Of a stretch of DNA of 60,514 bases, positions 36,663 through 46,437 are shown piece after piece. The stretch is from a virus. Taxonomy: Duplodnaviria; Caudoviricetes. Where the stretch lies: positions 1 through 60,514 of IMG/VR virus record IMGVR_UViG_3300033487_000005; one strand, 5' to 3'. The notes under the pieces are model-generated. The model did not search any database. It had not been told where the DNA came from and saw nothing but the letters and a program-made list of their open reading frames with translations. How positions within the stretch are numbered: position 1 is the stretch's first letter; every line of letters begins with the position of its first letter. Position numbers and translations under genes: made by a program.

Positions 36663-37097
36663 GTGGACAAGCCAATTCCAGGAAAAGACGAACCAAAGAC
36701 TTCGCGCGAAAGGCAGCTGGCAAACCTGCGACCGGCCCAAAAGGGCGAGGTGCGCAACCCTGATGGCAAGAACGGGCGCGAGGGGTCCGAGGCGTGGCGC
36801 AAGTTTCTGGACGCGTTCGATCCGACGGACAAGAGCAAGACACGCCGTCTCCGCATGCACGAAACTTGGTACGAACTCATCCTAGAGAAGGACACCAACG
36901 CGCTCAAGCTCGGAGTCGAGCAGGACATGGGGCGCGCGAAGCAGCAAATCGATCTCACCAGCGAGGACGGCAGTATGAGCCCGCTCGGCCACGACAGCGT
37001 GGCAGATGCTCTGCGGGCCGCCATCGACGAGCGCCGACGAGCCAAGGAATTGCCGGCGCAGGAGCAGCCCGCAGATGACGGCGCTGCCGACAAGTGA
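36663..37097 (+). CDS. terS: Terminase small subunit (putative)
   Basis: LANLRP.QKGEVRNPDG motif; GRAKQQIDLTSEDG; overlaps terL. Confidence 0.7.
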   Translation: MDKPIPGKDEPKTSRERQLANLRPAQKGEVRNPDGKNGREGSEAWRKFLDAFDPTDKSKTRRLRMHETWYELILEKDTNALKLGVEQDMGRAKQQIDLTSEDGSMSPLGHDSVADALRAAIDERRRAKELPAQEQPADDGAADK

Positions 37098-38463
37098 CGA
37101 TCGATCAGAGCTCCAGCGCGCGATAGACGGCATTGGCGGGCCAGAGGCGTTCCTGGAATTCTGGGAGGCGCAGGACCGTCAAGCGCGCTTCGAGCTGTCC
37201 TACGACTGGGCGTGGTGCGCTCGCAAGAAGCAGCTGCCACCGCCTGGAGACTGGCTCACGTGGCATCTTCGCGCGGGCAGAGGATTCGGGAAAACCAGGA
37301 CCGGGGCCGAGTGGGTGCGGTGGAAGATCGAGCGCGATGGATGCGTGCGTGGAGCTCTGGTAGCGCCCACCGCTGCCGACGCCCGCGACGTCATGGTGGA
37401 GGGCCCATCGGGCATTCTCGCCGTGTGTCCACCATGGAATCGCCCGATCTACGAGCCGAGCAAGCGGCGCGTGACGTGGAAGAATGGGGCACAGGTGGCG
37501 CTGTTCTCGGCAGAGGAACCCGACCGCCTGCGCGGTCCTCAGCACGATTTCGCATGGGCAGATGAGCTGGCGGCGTGGGCGCAGCTCGAAGAGACGTGGG
37601 ACATGCTGCAGTTTGGGCTTCGGCAGGGCTCGCGTCCGCAAGCGCTCATTACCAGCACGCCGCGCGGCCTGAAGTTCCTGCGCGAACTCGAGTCCGAGGT
37701 CACCACCGTCACCACTACGGGGAGCACCTACGAGAACGAGGCCAACCTGGCGCCGTCGTTCCTCGGCCGCATCCGCAAGAAGTACGAGGGCACGCGCCTC
37801 GGCCTGCAGGAAATCAGCGCGCAGATTCTGGATGACAACCCGGGTGCCCTGTGGAAGCGCTCGATGATCGATGGGAAGCGACTCACGCTGGCCGAGTTCG
37901 TGGCGATGGGCATCCAGCTTCGCCGCGTGGTCGTGGCTCTGGACCCGTCCACCACGGCCACCAAGGACAGCGACGAGGCTGGCATTGTGGCCGTCGGCGC
38001 GGGCATGTGCGCCTGCAAGGGAAAGCCGGAGATGCATGGCTTTGTGCTCGAGGATGCTACCGACATCTACTCGCCGGTCGAGACGTGCCAGAAAGTGATC
38101 GAGGTCTATGAGCGCCGCATGGCCAACGAGGTGATCGGCGAGACGAACCAGGGGGGCGACTGGATCGAGGCCCTGTTCCGCACGCACGAGAAGGCCAAGC
38201 ACCTGCCCTACCACGGGGTCCATGCCAAAGACGGCAAGCGACTGCGGGCAGAGCCAGTGTCGTCACTCTACGAGCAGGGCTGCGTGCACCACGTGGGCAT
38301 GTTCGCGAAGCTCGAAGACGAGCAGTGCACCTGGAACCCCAAGGACAGCGACGAGTCCCCAGACAGAATCGACGCCCTCGTGCACGGGCTCACCCGCCTG
38401 CTCGTGCAGCCAGCACCAGCGCCGTACACCGGCAGCCCGTCGGGCTACCACCCGCGCCGGTAA
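37075..38463 (+). CDS. terL: Terminase large subunit
   Basis: AGRGFGKT, LRGPQ, WADE, TSTP, VALDP, SPDRIDA. Confidence 0.95.
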   Translation: MTALPTSDDRSELQRAIDGIGGPEAFLEFWEAQDRQARFELSYDWAWCARKKQLPPPGDWLTWHLRAGRGFGKTRTGAEWVRWKIERDGCVRGALVAPTAADARDVMVEGPSGILAVCPPWNRPIYEPSKRRVTWKNGAQVALFSAEEPDRLRGPQHDFAWADELAAWAQLEETWDMLQFGLRQGSRPQALITSTPRGLKFLRELESEVTTVTTTGSTYENEANLAPSFLGRIRKKYEGTRLGLQEISAQILDDNPGALWKRSMIDGKRLTLAEFVAMGIQLRRVVVALDPSTTATKDSDEAGIVAVGAGMCACKGKPEMHGFVLEDATDIYSPVETCQKVIEVYERRMANEVIGETNQGGDWIEALFRTHEKAKHLPYHGVHAKDGKRLRAEPVSSLYEQGCVHHVGMFAKLEDEQCTWNPKDSDESPDRIDALVHGLTRLLVQPAPAPYTGSPSGYHPRR

Positions 38464-38496
38464 GGCCAGCCGCGCCAAAGGCCGATACTTGGCCAA

Positions 38497-40389
38497 ATGG
38501 CGCAGAACATGACCGGCCCCGGCATGGGGCGCATGCTGGACATTCCAGTCCTGACCGACTGGCGGTCAACAGACTCGATGGTCACCCTGATGACCATCCT
38601 GCAGGAGCACGAGCGGGGGTACTTCCAGCGATCGGCTCTGCTCGTCGACGAGATGCTGACCGACGATCGCATATGTGGCGTGCTCGACACCCGCATCGGC
38701 GGACTGCTCTGCGCCGACATGACGTTCAAGCCGGCGGACGATCGCCGCAAGTCGATGAAGCTGGCGCGCATTCTGGGTGGCTCCGACGAGGCCGACAGCG
38801 ACGGGGAGTGGCTGCGGATGCTCCCGTTCGAGACAGCCTATACGCTGCTCAAGTGGAGAATCATGCTCGGATTCGCGGTGGCCGAGATCGTGTGGGACAC
38901 GATGTCCGGTCAGTGGCTCCCCCGCATGGTGACCTGGCATCCGCGCCACAGCTACTGGAATTGGGGCAAGCGCTGCTTTCAGCTCATGACCTCGGGCCCT
39001 GACCCGGAGCGGCCCTACACCGCGGTTGATGACCAGTGGACGATCGACCTCCCTCGCGTCGATCGCGACGTCGCGTACGACGGACACTGGTTCGTGTGGG
39101 GAAGCCCCTACTCGTGGATGCGCGGGGCGATTCGCCCGCTCGGGACCAAGTTCATCGATCGCGTCTGGAATGAGCGCGATTGGGCCAGATATTGCGAAAA
39201 GCACGGCATGGCCATCATGGAGGGCAAGGTCCCGACGGGAACAGACGTCGCGGAAAAGGACCGATTCCTGAGCGACTTGTCGAACCTCGGCAACGAGCCC
39301 ACGATCATTAGTCCGCAGGCACCAGCCGGTGAACCCAGCTACGGCTTCCAGATGCACGAGGCTCAGGCCCGCACGTGGGAGACATACAAGGCGCGTAAGG
39401 AGGCGCTCGACACGGATATCGCCATCCTGCTGCTCGGGCAGAACCTAACAACCGAGGTCAAGGGTGGCAGTCGAAGCGCGGCCGAAGTCCACGAGAACAT
39501 CCGAATCGACAAGAAGCGCCAGGATGCAGACCTGTTCCGCCAAGTGCGCGAGCAGGTGTTGGTCCCGTGGTGCCTGCACAACTACACCTTCCCAGACGTC
39601 GCCAAGGCTCAGGCGATTGCGCCGTATCCCCAGCCGCAGATCAGCCCTCCCGACGACGAGGAGAGCGAAGGCAACGCGCTCAAGCTTCTGGGCGAGGCAT
39701 GCACGGCGCTCGACGCTGCATATGGGGCAGTGGACAAGCGGGCAATACTCGAAGCCCACGGCGTCCCCATCGACGAAGAGAAGGCCGCCAGGATCGAAGC
39801 TGCCGACGCCAAAGCGGCGGTCAGCGCTCCGCCGAAGCAGCAGGTTGGGCTCACGCCGTCTGCCCTCGGGGCAATCGTCACGGTCAACGAGGCTCGCCGA
39901 CAGCAGGGCCTGGAGCCGCTCCCAGTCGATGGCGACCTCACGATCGCGGAGTACCAGGTCAAGCACGCCGACGTGGTTGGCGGAGCGGCCAAGGTCGAGG
40001 GTGGCAACCGAGACCCGTCGAAAGAAGAGCCACCGCCTCCCGTGGCGCCCCAGCTTCCAGCGGAGCAGCAGGCCACCGCGACTGACGTCATCCGCTACGC
40101 CGCCCTCAAGGCAGGCGCCGCCAAGGGGCCATCGGCGCTCAAGCGCGTGGCGAAGTACCACGACGCTTTGACGACGCACGCGCGTCGGCTCGCGGCCAAG
40201 GCGCTGGCGCCAGACCTCGAGGCCATCCGCGAGGACATCGACGCAGCGAAGGACTTCGGAGACCTGCGCAGGCGCGTGGTGCGCAGGTTCAAGGCGATGA
40301 AGTCAGCGCCTGAGCTGGCCGGAATTCTCGAGCGCCTGAACGTGCTCGGCAACATGACCGGGCGAGACGACATCCTGCGAGGGCTGTGA
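38497..40389 (+). CDS. Portal protein (Mu gp29/DUF935-like) with C-terminal extension
   Basis: GFAVAEIVW, WARYCEKHG, LLGQNLTTE..GGSR.AAEVH. Confidence 0.88.
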   Translation: MAQNMTGPGMGRMLDIPVLTDWRSTDSMVTLMTILQEHERGYFQRSALLVDEMLTDDRICGVLDTRIGGLLCADMTFKPADDRRKSMKLARILGGSDEADSDGEWLRMLPFETAYTLLKWRIMLGFAVAEIVWDTMSGQWLPRMVTWHPRHSYWNWGKRCFQLMTSGPDPERPYTAVDDQWTIDLPRVDRDVAYDGHWFVWGSPYSWMRGAIRPLGTKFIDRVWNERDWARYCEKHGMAIMEGKVPTGTDVAEKDRFLSDLSNLGNEPTIISPQAPAGEPSYGFQMHEAQARTWETYKARKEALDTDIAILLLGQNLTTEVKGGSRSAAEVHENIRIDKKRQDADLFRQVREQVLVPWCLHNYTFPDVAKAQAIAPYPQPQISPPDDEESEGNALKLLGEACTALDAAYGAVDKRAILEAHGVPIDEEKAARIEAADAKAAVSAPPKQQVGLTPSALGAIVTVNEARRQQGLEPLPVDGDLTIAEYQVKHADVVGGAAKVEGGNRDPSKEEPPPPVAPQLPAEQQATATDVIRYAALKAGAAKGPSALKRVAKYHDALTTHARRLAAKALAPDLEAIREDIDAAKDFGDLRRRVVRRFKAMKSAPELAGILERLNVLGNMTGRDDILRGL

Positions 40390-40399
40390 CTAGGGGACG

Positions 40400-41092
40400 G
40401 TGATGCACGTCCCGGTCAACGCCATCGATTCGTCTGAGCGCTTCGACGCCGCGATCGAGGCCATCGAGAAGCGCTCACCCGTGCCGCGGGAAGAGTGGGA
40501 GGCCATGACGGCGCTCGAGCGCGAGGCCGCCTTCACGGTGGCACACGTGACCGAGGCCGAGGTGCTGCAGCAGGTGCTCGATGCAGTCGAGTCGGCCGTG
40601 CGCAACGGCACCGACCTCGAGCAGTTCAAGGACGACATCTACGCCCAGCTGGTCGAGTCGTGGGGTGGCGAGATACCGGGCAGACTGTCCACCATCTTCC
40701 GTACCAACCTGATGACGGCCTACGGGGAGGGCCGCCACTCCATCATGTCGTCACCCACCGTCAAACAGGCGAGGCCGTTCTGGCGCTACGACGCCACCAT
40801 GGATGACCGCATCGATGACGAGTGCGAGGAGCTTGACCAGACCGTGCTCCCCGTTGATGACCCGTTCTGGGCGAGCCATACGCCGCCGCTGCATTACAAC
40901 TGCCGGTGCGTCATCGTGCCGCTGTCGCAAGAAGAGGCCGACGAGGAAGGCGTTGACGACGAGGGCCCAGACGTCGAGGCCGACGAGGACTTCGGCGCGG
41001 CCCCGAGCGCGCAGGGCGAGAACTGGGACTTCGATCTCAGCCGGTTCGATCCGGAGCTGCGCGAGGAGCTCGAGGCGGTTCTGGAAGAGTAG
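40400..41092 (+). CDS. Head morphogenesis protein (Mu F / SPP1 gp7-like)
   Basis: AFTVA, RLSTIFRTN..TAY..GR, PPLHYNCRC. Confidence 0.9.
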   Translation: MMHVPVNAIDSSERFDAAIEAIEKRSPVPREEWEAMTALEREAAFTVAHVTEAEVLQQVLDAVESAVRNGTDLEQFKDDIYAQLVESWGGEIPGRLSTIFRTNLMTAYGEGRHSIMSSPTVKQARPFWRYDATMDDRIDDECEELDQTVLPVDDPFWASHTPPLHYNCRCVIVPLSQEEADEEGVDDEGPDVEADEDFGAAPSAQGENWDFDLSRFDPELREELEAVLEE

Positions 41093-41233
41093 AACTTCTC
41101 ATCCATACGACGAGCCCAGACGATCCTCGGTCCTCCAACACCACAAGCGGATAATTGTTGCCATGATCGTCGGTTGCCAGGAGAGCAACGTCGTCAAACC
41201 ACCATCCAAGCCCGCAGTTCTTGAGACCGGATT

Positions 41234-41500
41234 TCATTCTTCCTCAATCTCCGCAATGAGCGCGTTGGCATCGTCGATGGCCATCTGCCGATGATGGGAT
41301 GGCCCGTCCACCATCACGACGATGTTGGCCAGGGCGCGCAGCAGTCGAGGGGCGGCAACAAGCAGGCGCTCGGCTGCTGGGCTTGCGTAGCAGATATCGT
41401 CTGTGTCGATGGCGATGGCCACCGGGTCGTTGTTACCGTCACTCACGCGTCCGGTGCAATCCGTGCTCCACGGCGCCGGGTGCTTGTCGAGGATGCTCAT
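41234..41500 (-). CDS. Hypothetical phage protein
   Basis: KHPAPW...LLVAAPRLL motif; AAGGAG RBS. Confidence 0.7.
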   Translation of the reverse strand: MSILDKHPAPWSTDCTGRVSDGNNDPVAIAIDTDDICYASPAAERLLVAAPRLLRALANIVVMVDGPSHHRQMAIDDANALIAEIEEE

Positions 41501-41811
41501 GTCTGCTCCTTAACGAATCGATCGGAAAGGTGCTCAGAAGCAATCGATAGCATCTCGCCTATTTTCTCGTTCGTCGCCGTCGGATAGTCGGCCATGATGA
41601 CTCTAGCGCTTCTACCTAATTCCTCAAAGTATTTCATTTGAAGGCGCACAACGACGCTGGCCAACCGTTCGAGGAATCGTCGCTCCGCAGATGCCCTGCT
41701 CTCTGAAACCCAGCCTGGCATCTCGGACTGGCGCGACAGTTCTTCGTCTCGCACCAGCAATAGTCCATCAGCAGCGTCTCTCAAGCGGCGCAGAATATCT
41801 GCAATTGTCAT
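41497..41811 (-). CDS. Hypothetical protein
   Basis: Coupled reverse-strand ORF. Confidence 0.55.
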   Translation of the reverse strand: MTIADILRRLRDAADGLLLVRDEELSRQSEMPGWVSESRASAERRFLERLASVVVRLQMKYFEELGRSARVIMADYPTATNEKIGEMLSIASEHLSDRFVKEQT

Positions 41812-42239
41812 CGCTCCACCTGCCCCCGCAGCGCGCCCGAGATTACACGCTGCCACTCGGCCAGCGGCACGCGTGCGATCACGGCGAGCGGACCACCGGC
41901 GATGCTCGTCGACTTCTGCCCGGTGCCGACGATCAGCTTCGGGCCGAGCGTGTCTTCTACCATCGAGCCGAGCACGGCCACAAGGTCGCACTTCTCGGGA
42001 GGCAGCGGCTTGCCGAGCTCGAACACCTCGGCTTCTTCGGGAACAGGTTGCCACGCATCTCCGGAGAATACCTCGATGCCGTGGGCGCCAGTCCGCATCC
42101 TGTCCCCCGGCACCAGCATGACCTGAGCTTGCGGGACGACCTGCAGCTGGATGTTGACCCCCACCCGGTGCCCGACTGGCAGCAGCGGAGGCAGGGTGGC
42201 GCTCAGGAGCGATTGCGGGTTGGTCTTGTGGTCACTCAT
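41808..42239 (-). CDS. Hypothetical protein
   Basis: AAGGAG RBS. Confidence 0.7.
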   Translation of the reverse strand: MSDHKTNPQSLLSATLPPLLPVGHRVGVNIQLQVVPQAQVMLVPGDRMRTGAHGIEVFSGDAWQPVPEEAEVFELGKPLPPEKCDLVAVLGSMVEDTLGPKLIVGTGQKSTSIAGGPLAVIARVPLAEWQRVISGALRGQVER

Positions 42240-42454
42240 TGGTCTCCTTTACCGATGTGCACCTGCAGTTGAAGCTCGGGGTTTTGCCGACAACGCCCCA
42301 TCCAGTCGATGGTCGGCTTGTCCATCTTGTTGAAGATCCATTGCAGCACCCTGTGAACGACTGGCCATCCCATCGCCCTTGAGCTCATGACGAAATTCCA
42401 CAGCCGGTATGGACACCACTTACGCTTGCTAGCCGTCCATGCTGGGAAGATCAC
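42236..42454 (-). CDS. Hypothetical protein
   Basis: Coupled; GAGGAGG upstream. Confidence 0.45.
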   Translation of the reverse strand: MIFPAWTASKRKWCPYRLWNFVMSSRAMGWPVVHRVLQWIFNKMDKPTIDWMGRCRQNPELQLQVHIGKGDQ

Positions 42455-42642
42455 GCTACGCCCTCCTCTGCTAGTCGCTCCACCTCGGCACGACGGACCA
42501 TCACCCGCTTGCCGAATCGCACGGTAGCAATCTTGCCCTCGCCGGCCAGCCGGCGCACGTAGGGCTGAGATAGCCCGAGCGTCTCGGCCGTCTCGGCAAT
42601 GGAGTAGGTGAGCTTCGGTTTCGGTTCGGATTGATTCGCCAT
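42451..42642 (-). CDS. Excisionase-family (HTH_17) DNA-binding protein
   Basis: YSIAETAETLGLSQPYVRRLA.EGKI...RFGKRVMV. Confidence 0.85.
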   Translation of the reverse strand: MANQSEPKPKLTYSIAETAETLGLSQPYVRRLAGEGKIATVRFGKRVMVRRAEVERLAEEGVA

Positions 42643-42733
42643 ATCGGCACAGTATCACAAGGGCCAGCGCAGCCTTACCCAAATCGCGTGGTAACGTCAC
42701 AAATACTAACGATTTCGCGCACTAAGGACACAC

Positions 42734-43888
42734 GTGGCCAAACCGCACAATGGCCATGTGAGCAGGAGCAAGCGACATCGCGACGACGAGCGGGTGACCA
42801 CCCTCAAGTCAACAGCCGTGTTCGATCTGCCCGTCGGAGAGGACGGCAAGCGCAAGGCACCGTCGGAGTTCCGTGTCTTTCCCGCAGGGCCCTTCTCCAC
42901 CACGAAGGGCATCTTCATGTTCACGGGCAAGAGCGCCTCCGACGTGATGAACGCCTACGCGGGACGCGCGCTGCCCCTCATGGCCGACTATGAGCACCAG
43001 ACCGACGCTGAGTCCTTTGGATTCCCGCCGATGGAGGCTCCAGCGTCCGCTACCGAGATGACCCCGGAGATTCGCCCAAGCGACACTGGCCAACCAGAGC
43101 TGTGGGTCAAAGACGTGAAGTGGACCGACCGAGCGAAGGCGTACTTGGAGGCTGGAGAATACCGCCTCTTCTCGCCCGTGTTCGGCCACACGCCCGAGGG
43201 AGAGATCACTTCGCTTCAGCGGATTGCGCTGACGAACAAACCAGCGATGGACGGGCTCCAGCCCCTCGTCGCTGCAACCCAGTCCGAAGAGGACGAAGAC
43301 GAGGAGACCGAGATGGAAACCTGTGCGAAGTGCCAAGCGATGGCTACTGAGCTGAGTGAGGTCAAGGCACGCCTCACGGCGCTCACCGACGAGAATTCCC
43401 AGCTCACGGCCAAGCTCAAGAGCTTCGACCAGTGGGCCCAGGAAGAGAAGAAGGAGCACGACGCTCTGACCGCTCTCACCGGGCAGGCCGACAAGGCCGC
43501 CATTCTGGGCGCCGTGACCAAGGCCGTGGCTGACAGCAAGGAGCTTGTCACCCTGAAGGCTAAGGTCGAGGCCGACCGTGTGGCGCACCTGACGGCAGAA
43601 TACAACACGGCCGCCGAGTCAGCCGTCAAGGACGGCCGCCTTCCTCCCGCGGTCAAGTCGAAATGCGACGAGATCGCCAAGAGCGATGGCATCGAGAAGG
43701 CCATGTCGTTCTTGACCGCGTTCGCTGGCACGGCCGAAGCACCCGCCGGCGCGCGTGTCACCGTCCTGACCGACTCCAAGAAAGAGCCCGCCGGCACCGT
43801 CGTGCTGAGCGAGACCGAGATCAAGTTCTGCAAGGACTCGGGGATTTCCCCCGAGCTGTACGCCAAACAGAAGGGCGCGCGGGCATAG
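42734..43888 (+). CDS. Mu I-like prohead protease / scaffold
   Basis: DYEHQT, WT.RA...L..GEYR..SP.F, ALTNKPA; coiled-coil C-terminus. Confidence 0.9.
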   Translation: MAKPHNGHVSRSKRHRDDERVTTLKSTAVFDLPVGEDGKRKAPSEFRVFPAGPFSTTKGIFMFTGKSASDVMNAYAGRALPLMADYEHQTDAESFGFPPMEAPASATEMTPEIRPSDTGQPELWVKDVKWTDRAKAYLEAGEYRLFSPVFGHTPEGEITSLQRIALTNKPAMDGLQPLVAATQSEEDEDEETEMETCAKCQAMATELSEVKARLTALTDENSQLTAKLKSFDQWAQEEKKEHDALTALTGQADKAAILGAVTKAVADSKELVTLKAKVEADRVAHLTAEYNTAAESAVKDGRLPPAVKSKCDEIAKSDGIEKAMSFLTAFAGTAEAPAGARVTVLTDSKKEPAGTVVLSETEIKFCKDSGISPELYAKQKGARA

Positions 43889-43915
43889 CGCGACTCCAAC
43901 GAAAGGGAAAACACC

Positions 43916-44812
43916 ATGTCCGCAGCTACAAATGTCAGGGACACCAAGCAGCGCACGGGCGACGTCGATGCCGCCCTCGTGACTGCAGTCACCGTCTACA
44001 AGGGCACGCTCGTCGTGCTCGACACCGCCACCGGCTACTGCAAGCCGGCCGTCACCGGCACGGGGCTCGTCTGCCTCGGCGTGGCCGTCATGCCTGAGCC
44101 TTCGGTCAGCACCACAGGGATCAGCAGCGGGGTCAAGAAAATCCCGGTGCGCCCAGGTCGCTGGCTGCTCGCCAATTCCGCGGCGGCAGACGAGATCACC
44201 AACGCGTGGCGGGGGCAGCCCTGCTTCATCGTCGACAACCAGACGGTCGCCAAGACCGACGGAACGGCTACCCGCTCGGTGGCCGGCACGGTCGAGGAAG
44301 TCGTCGCCGCTGGCGTGTGGGTCAACGTTGGCTCTGTCAACGGGACGGCACTGGCGGCCGAGATCGCGGCGCGCGAAGCCCTCGACACCGACCTCAAGAG
44401 CTCGACCGGCACCACGCTGGCCGGCGTCCTGCTCGGGACCCAGACGGCCAACACGCTCACCAGCAACGTGATCGGCGCCATCCCGGTGGTCCACCGGGTG
44501 ACGATCGCCGACGGCGTTTCCGCCGACACCGACGTCACCCTGACCCACAAGACGCTCATCACCGACGTCCACGTGATCAAGACCGCCGGCGCGGGCGGCG
44601 CATCGGACACCATCCAGGTGAAGAGCACGGCCAACGCCATCACCGATGCGATGAGCATCAACGTGGCCGATCAGGCCGTCGTGCGCGCGGCCACCATCAA
44701 CGACGCCTACCAGACGATCGCCGCTGGCGGGATTCTCCGGGTGTCCATGACCAAAGTAGCCGCAGCCAACACGGCCTGCGTCGTCATCGTCCAAGGCATC
44801 CGGGTCGCCTAG
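43916..44812 (+). CDS. Capsid decoration/cement protein with an extra C-terminal beta domain
   Basis: VYKGTLV, CFIVDNQTVAKT, GVWV; between protease and capsid genes. Confidence 0.7.
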   Translation: MSAATNVRDTKQRTGDVDAALVTAVTVYKGTLVVLDTATGYCKPAVTGTGLVCLGVAVMPEPSVSTTGISSGVKKIPVRPGRWLLANSAAADEITNAWRGQPCFIVDNQTVAKTDGTATRSVAGTVEEVVAAGVWVNVGSVNGTALAAEIAAREALDTDLKSSTGTTLAGVLLGTQTANTLTSNVIGAIPVVHRVTIADGVSADTDVTLTHKTLITDVHVIKTAGAGGASDTIQVKSTANAITDAMSINVADQAVVRAATINDAYQTIAAGGILRVSMTKVAAANTACVVIVQGIRVA

Positions 44813-44831
44813 TAGGAAGGGAAACAACACC

Positions 44832-45788
44832 ATGTTGCTCAATCGTGCAGCCTCCGAAATCCTCTTCACGGGCTACAACGCCCAATTCCAGGCGGCCTTT
44901 CTGGCAATGCCGAAGTTCTACCAGGAGATCGCGACAGAGATGCCGTCCGGTACGACCACCGAGCTGTATCACTGGATCGATCAGCTCCCTGGGATGCGCG
45001 AGTGGATCGGCGCGCGCCAGAAGAACAACCCGTCGCTGCGTGACTACACGCTGACCAACAAGCCTTTCGAGGACACGATCGCCCTCGACAAGTTCAAGGT
45101 CAAGGACGACACCCACGGCGCATTCGCGCAGACCGTGTGGGCGTTCGGCCAAGCGGTGGCCAAGTGGCCCGACGAGCAGATCGCTGCTGTTGTCGAAGCT
45201 GGCACCACTGACCTGTGCTTCGACGGTCAGTACTACTTCGACACGGACCACCCGCTGTCGCTCGACGATGCCAGCCTGAGCACCTACAGCAACCTGCTCG
45301 TGGGCGCCACCTACGACCTGAGCGCCGACCCAATCGGAACTTGGGCGAAGGCCCAGGCCGCAATGGGAGCGTTCAAGGGCGCAAGCGGGAAGCCGCTCGG
45401 TCTGCGAGCCGACACCCTGATGGTTCCTCCGGCGCTCGAGCGGTACGCGCTCCAGGTTGCCCAGGCCAACATCGTCCCCCAGACGTTCGGAGACGTCACC
45501 GGCACGGCCAACGTTGCCGCCGCGAGCGTCTCGAACATCTACATGGGCAAGATGAAGGTCGTGGTCAATCCGTACCTCACGACCACCACGGCGGCCTACG
45601 CGCTCTGCACCGCACGCGGGATCAAGCCATTCGTGTGGCAGCTCCGCGAGGCGCCCGTGTTCGTCAATCTGGTGGACCCGACGCTTCCGAACTGCTTCAA
45701 CGAGCGTGAGTTCATCTACGGCGCCGAGGGCCGCGGTGTCGCCGGCTACTCGTTCCCCTTCCTCTGTATCCGCCTGAGCCCGTCCTAG
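44832..45788 (+). CDS. Major capsid protein (Mu T-like)
   Basis: PGMREWIGAR, NKPFE.TI, CFDGQYYFDTDHP, KPFVWQ.R. Confidence 0.92.
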   Translation: MLLNRAASEILFTGYNAQFQAAFLAMPKFYQEIATEMPSGTTTELYHWIDQLPGMREWIGARQKNNPSLRDYTLTNKPFEDTIALDKFKVKDDTHGAFAQTVWAFGQAVAKWPDEQIAAVVEAGTTDLCFDGQYYFDTDHPLSLDDASLSTYSNLLVGATYDLSADPIGTWAKAQAAMGAFKGASGKPLGLRADTLMVPPALERYALQVAQANIVPQTFGDVTGTANVAAASVSNIYMGKMKVVVNPYLTTTTAAYALCTARGIKPFVWQLREAPVFVNLVDPTLPNCFNEREFIYGAEGRGVAGYSFPFLCIRLSPS

Positions 45789-45793
45789 TCCCC

Positions 45794-45846
45794 CGGCCCG
45801 GTTCGTCCGCGATTCCTCCTTTACGCGGACGAACCGGGCGCATTTC
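45794..45846 (+). terminator. Strong hairpin after the capsid gene (terminator/attenuator)
   Basis: GCCCGGTTCGTCCGCG / CGCGGACGAACCGGGC; weak U tract. Confidence 0.55.
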
Positions 45847-45858
45847 AAAGGAGAAGTC

Positions 45859-46434
45859 ATGCCCCAGCGTTTTCAGGTTCGCGCCTCGCTCATCAAAGGC
45901 CAGACGTTCTACTGCCGCGCCGGTCGTGGGTGGTCGTCTGAATGGACCGAGATCACCGTCTTGGATCAGGACGATGATCCGATGCACGAGAACAAGGTCA
46001 AGAACCTGCCCGACGTACCCGATCCAGTGAACCTCGGTCGGCGCTCGTTCGCGCTAGTGAGCAAGGACCCCCGTATCACCGTCCAGGCGCTGGACGGTGG
46101 CACCGCCGACGCCATCAGGGTTCCGGAGCTTGAGGCGCGCGCGGGTGAGCTCGAGAAGACGATCGCCAAGCTACGCGCCGACGTGGAGTCCCTCACGATG
46201 CGCGCACGAGTCGCCGAGGGCCTACGAGATTCCAAGGCTGCACGCGTGGCCGAGCTCGAAGAGCTACTGTCGGCCGCCGAGAAGGAGCGCGACAAGTCCC
46301 ACGCGTCAGCGCTCGATGTGATCGATCAGGTCAAGCGCGACTGCGACGCTCGTGTCGCCGACCTGCAGGCACTACTCGAAGAGGCCACCAAGCCTGCCGA
46401 CAAGCCGGCCAAGAAGACCCAGGCGAGGGGGTAA
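45859..46434 (+). CDS. Mu gp35-like head accessory protein with coiled coil
   Basis: FYCRAGR.W...DPRITV. Confidence 0.55.
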   Translation: MPQRFQVRASLIKGQTFYCRAGRGWSSEWTEITVLDQDDDPMHENKVKNLPDVPDPVNLGRRSFALVSKDPRITVQALDGGTADAIRVPELEARAGELEKTIAKLRADVESLTMRARVAEGLRDSKAARVAELEELLSAAEKERDKSHASALDVIDQVKRDCDARVADLQALLEEATKPADKPAKKTQARG

Positions 46435-46437
46435 CCC

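Noticed and set aside
37105-45860. Long antisense ORFs (37105..38223, 43619..44869, 44784..45860 and similar)
   Set aside because: Shadow frames of high-GC3 genes with no motifs or RBS.
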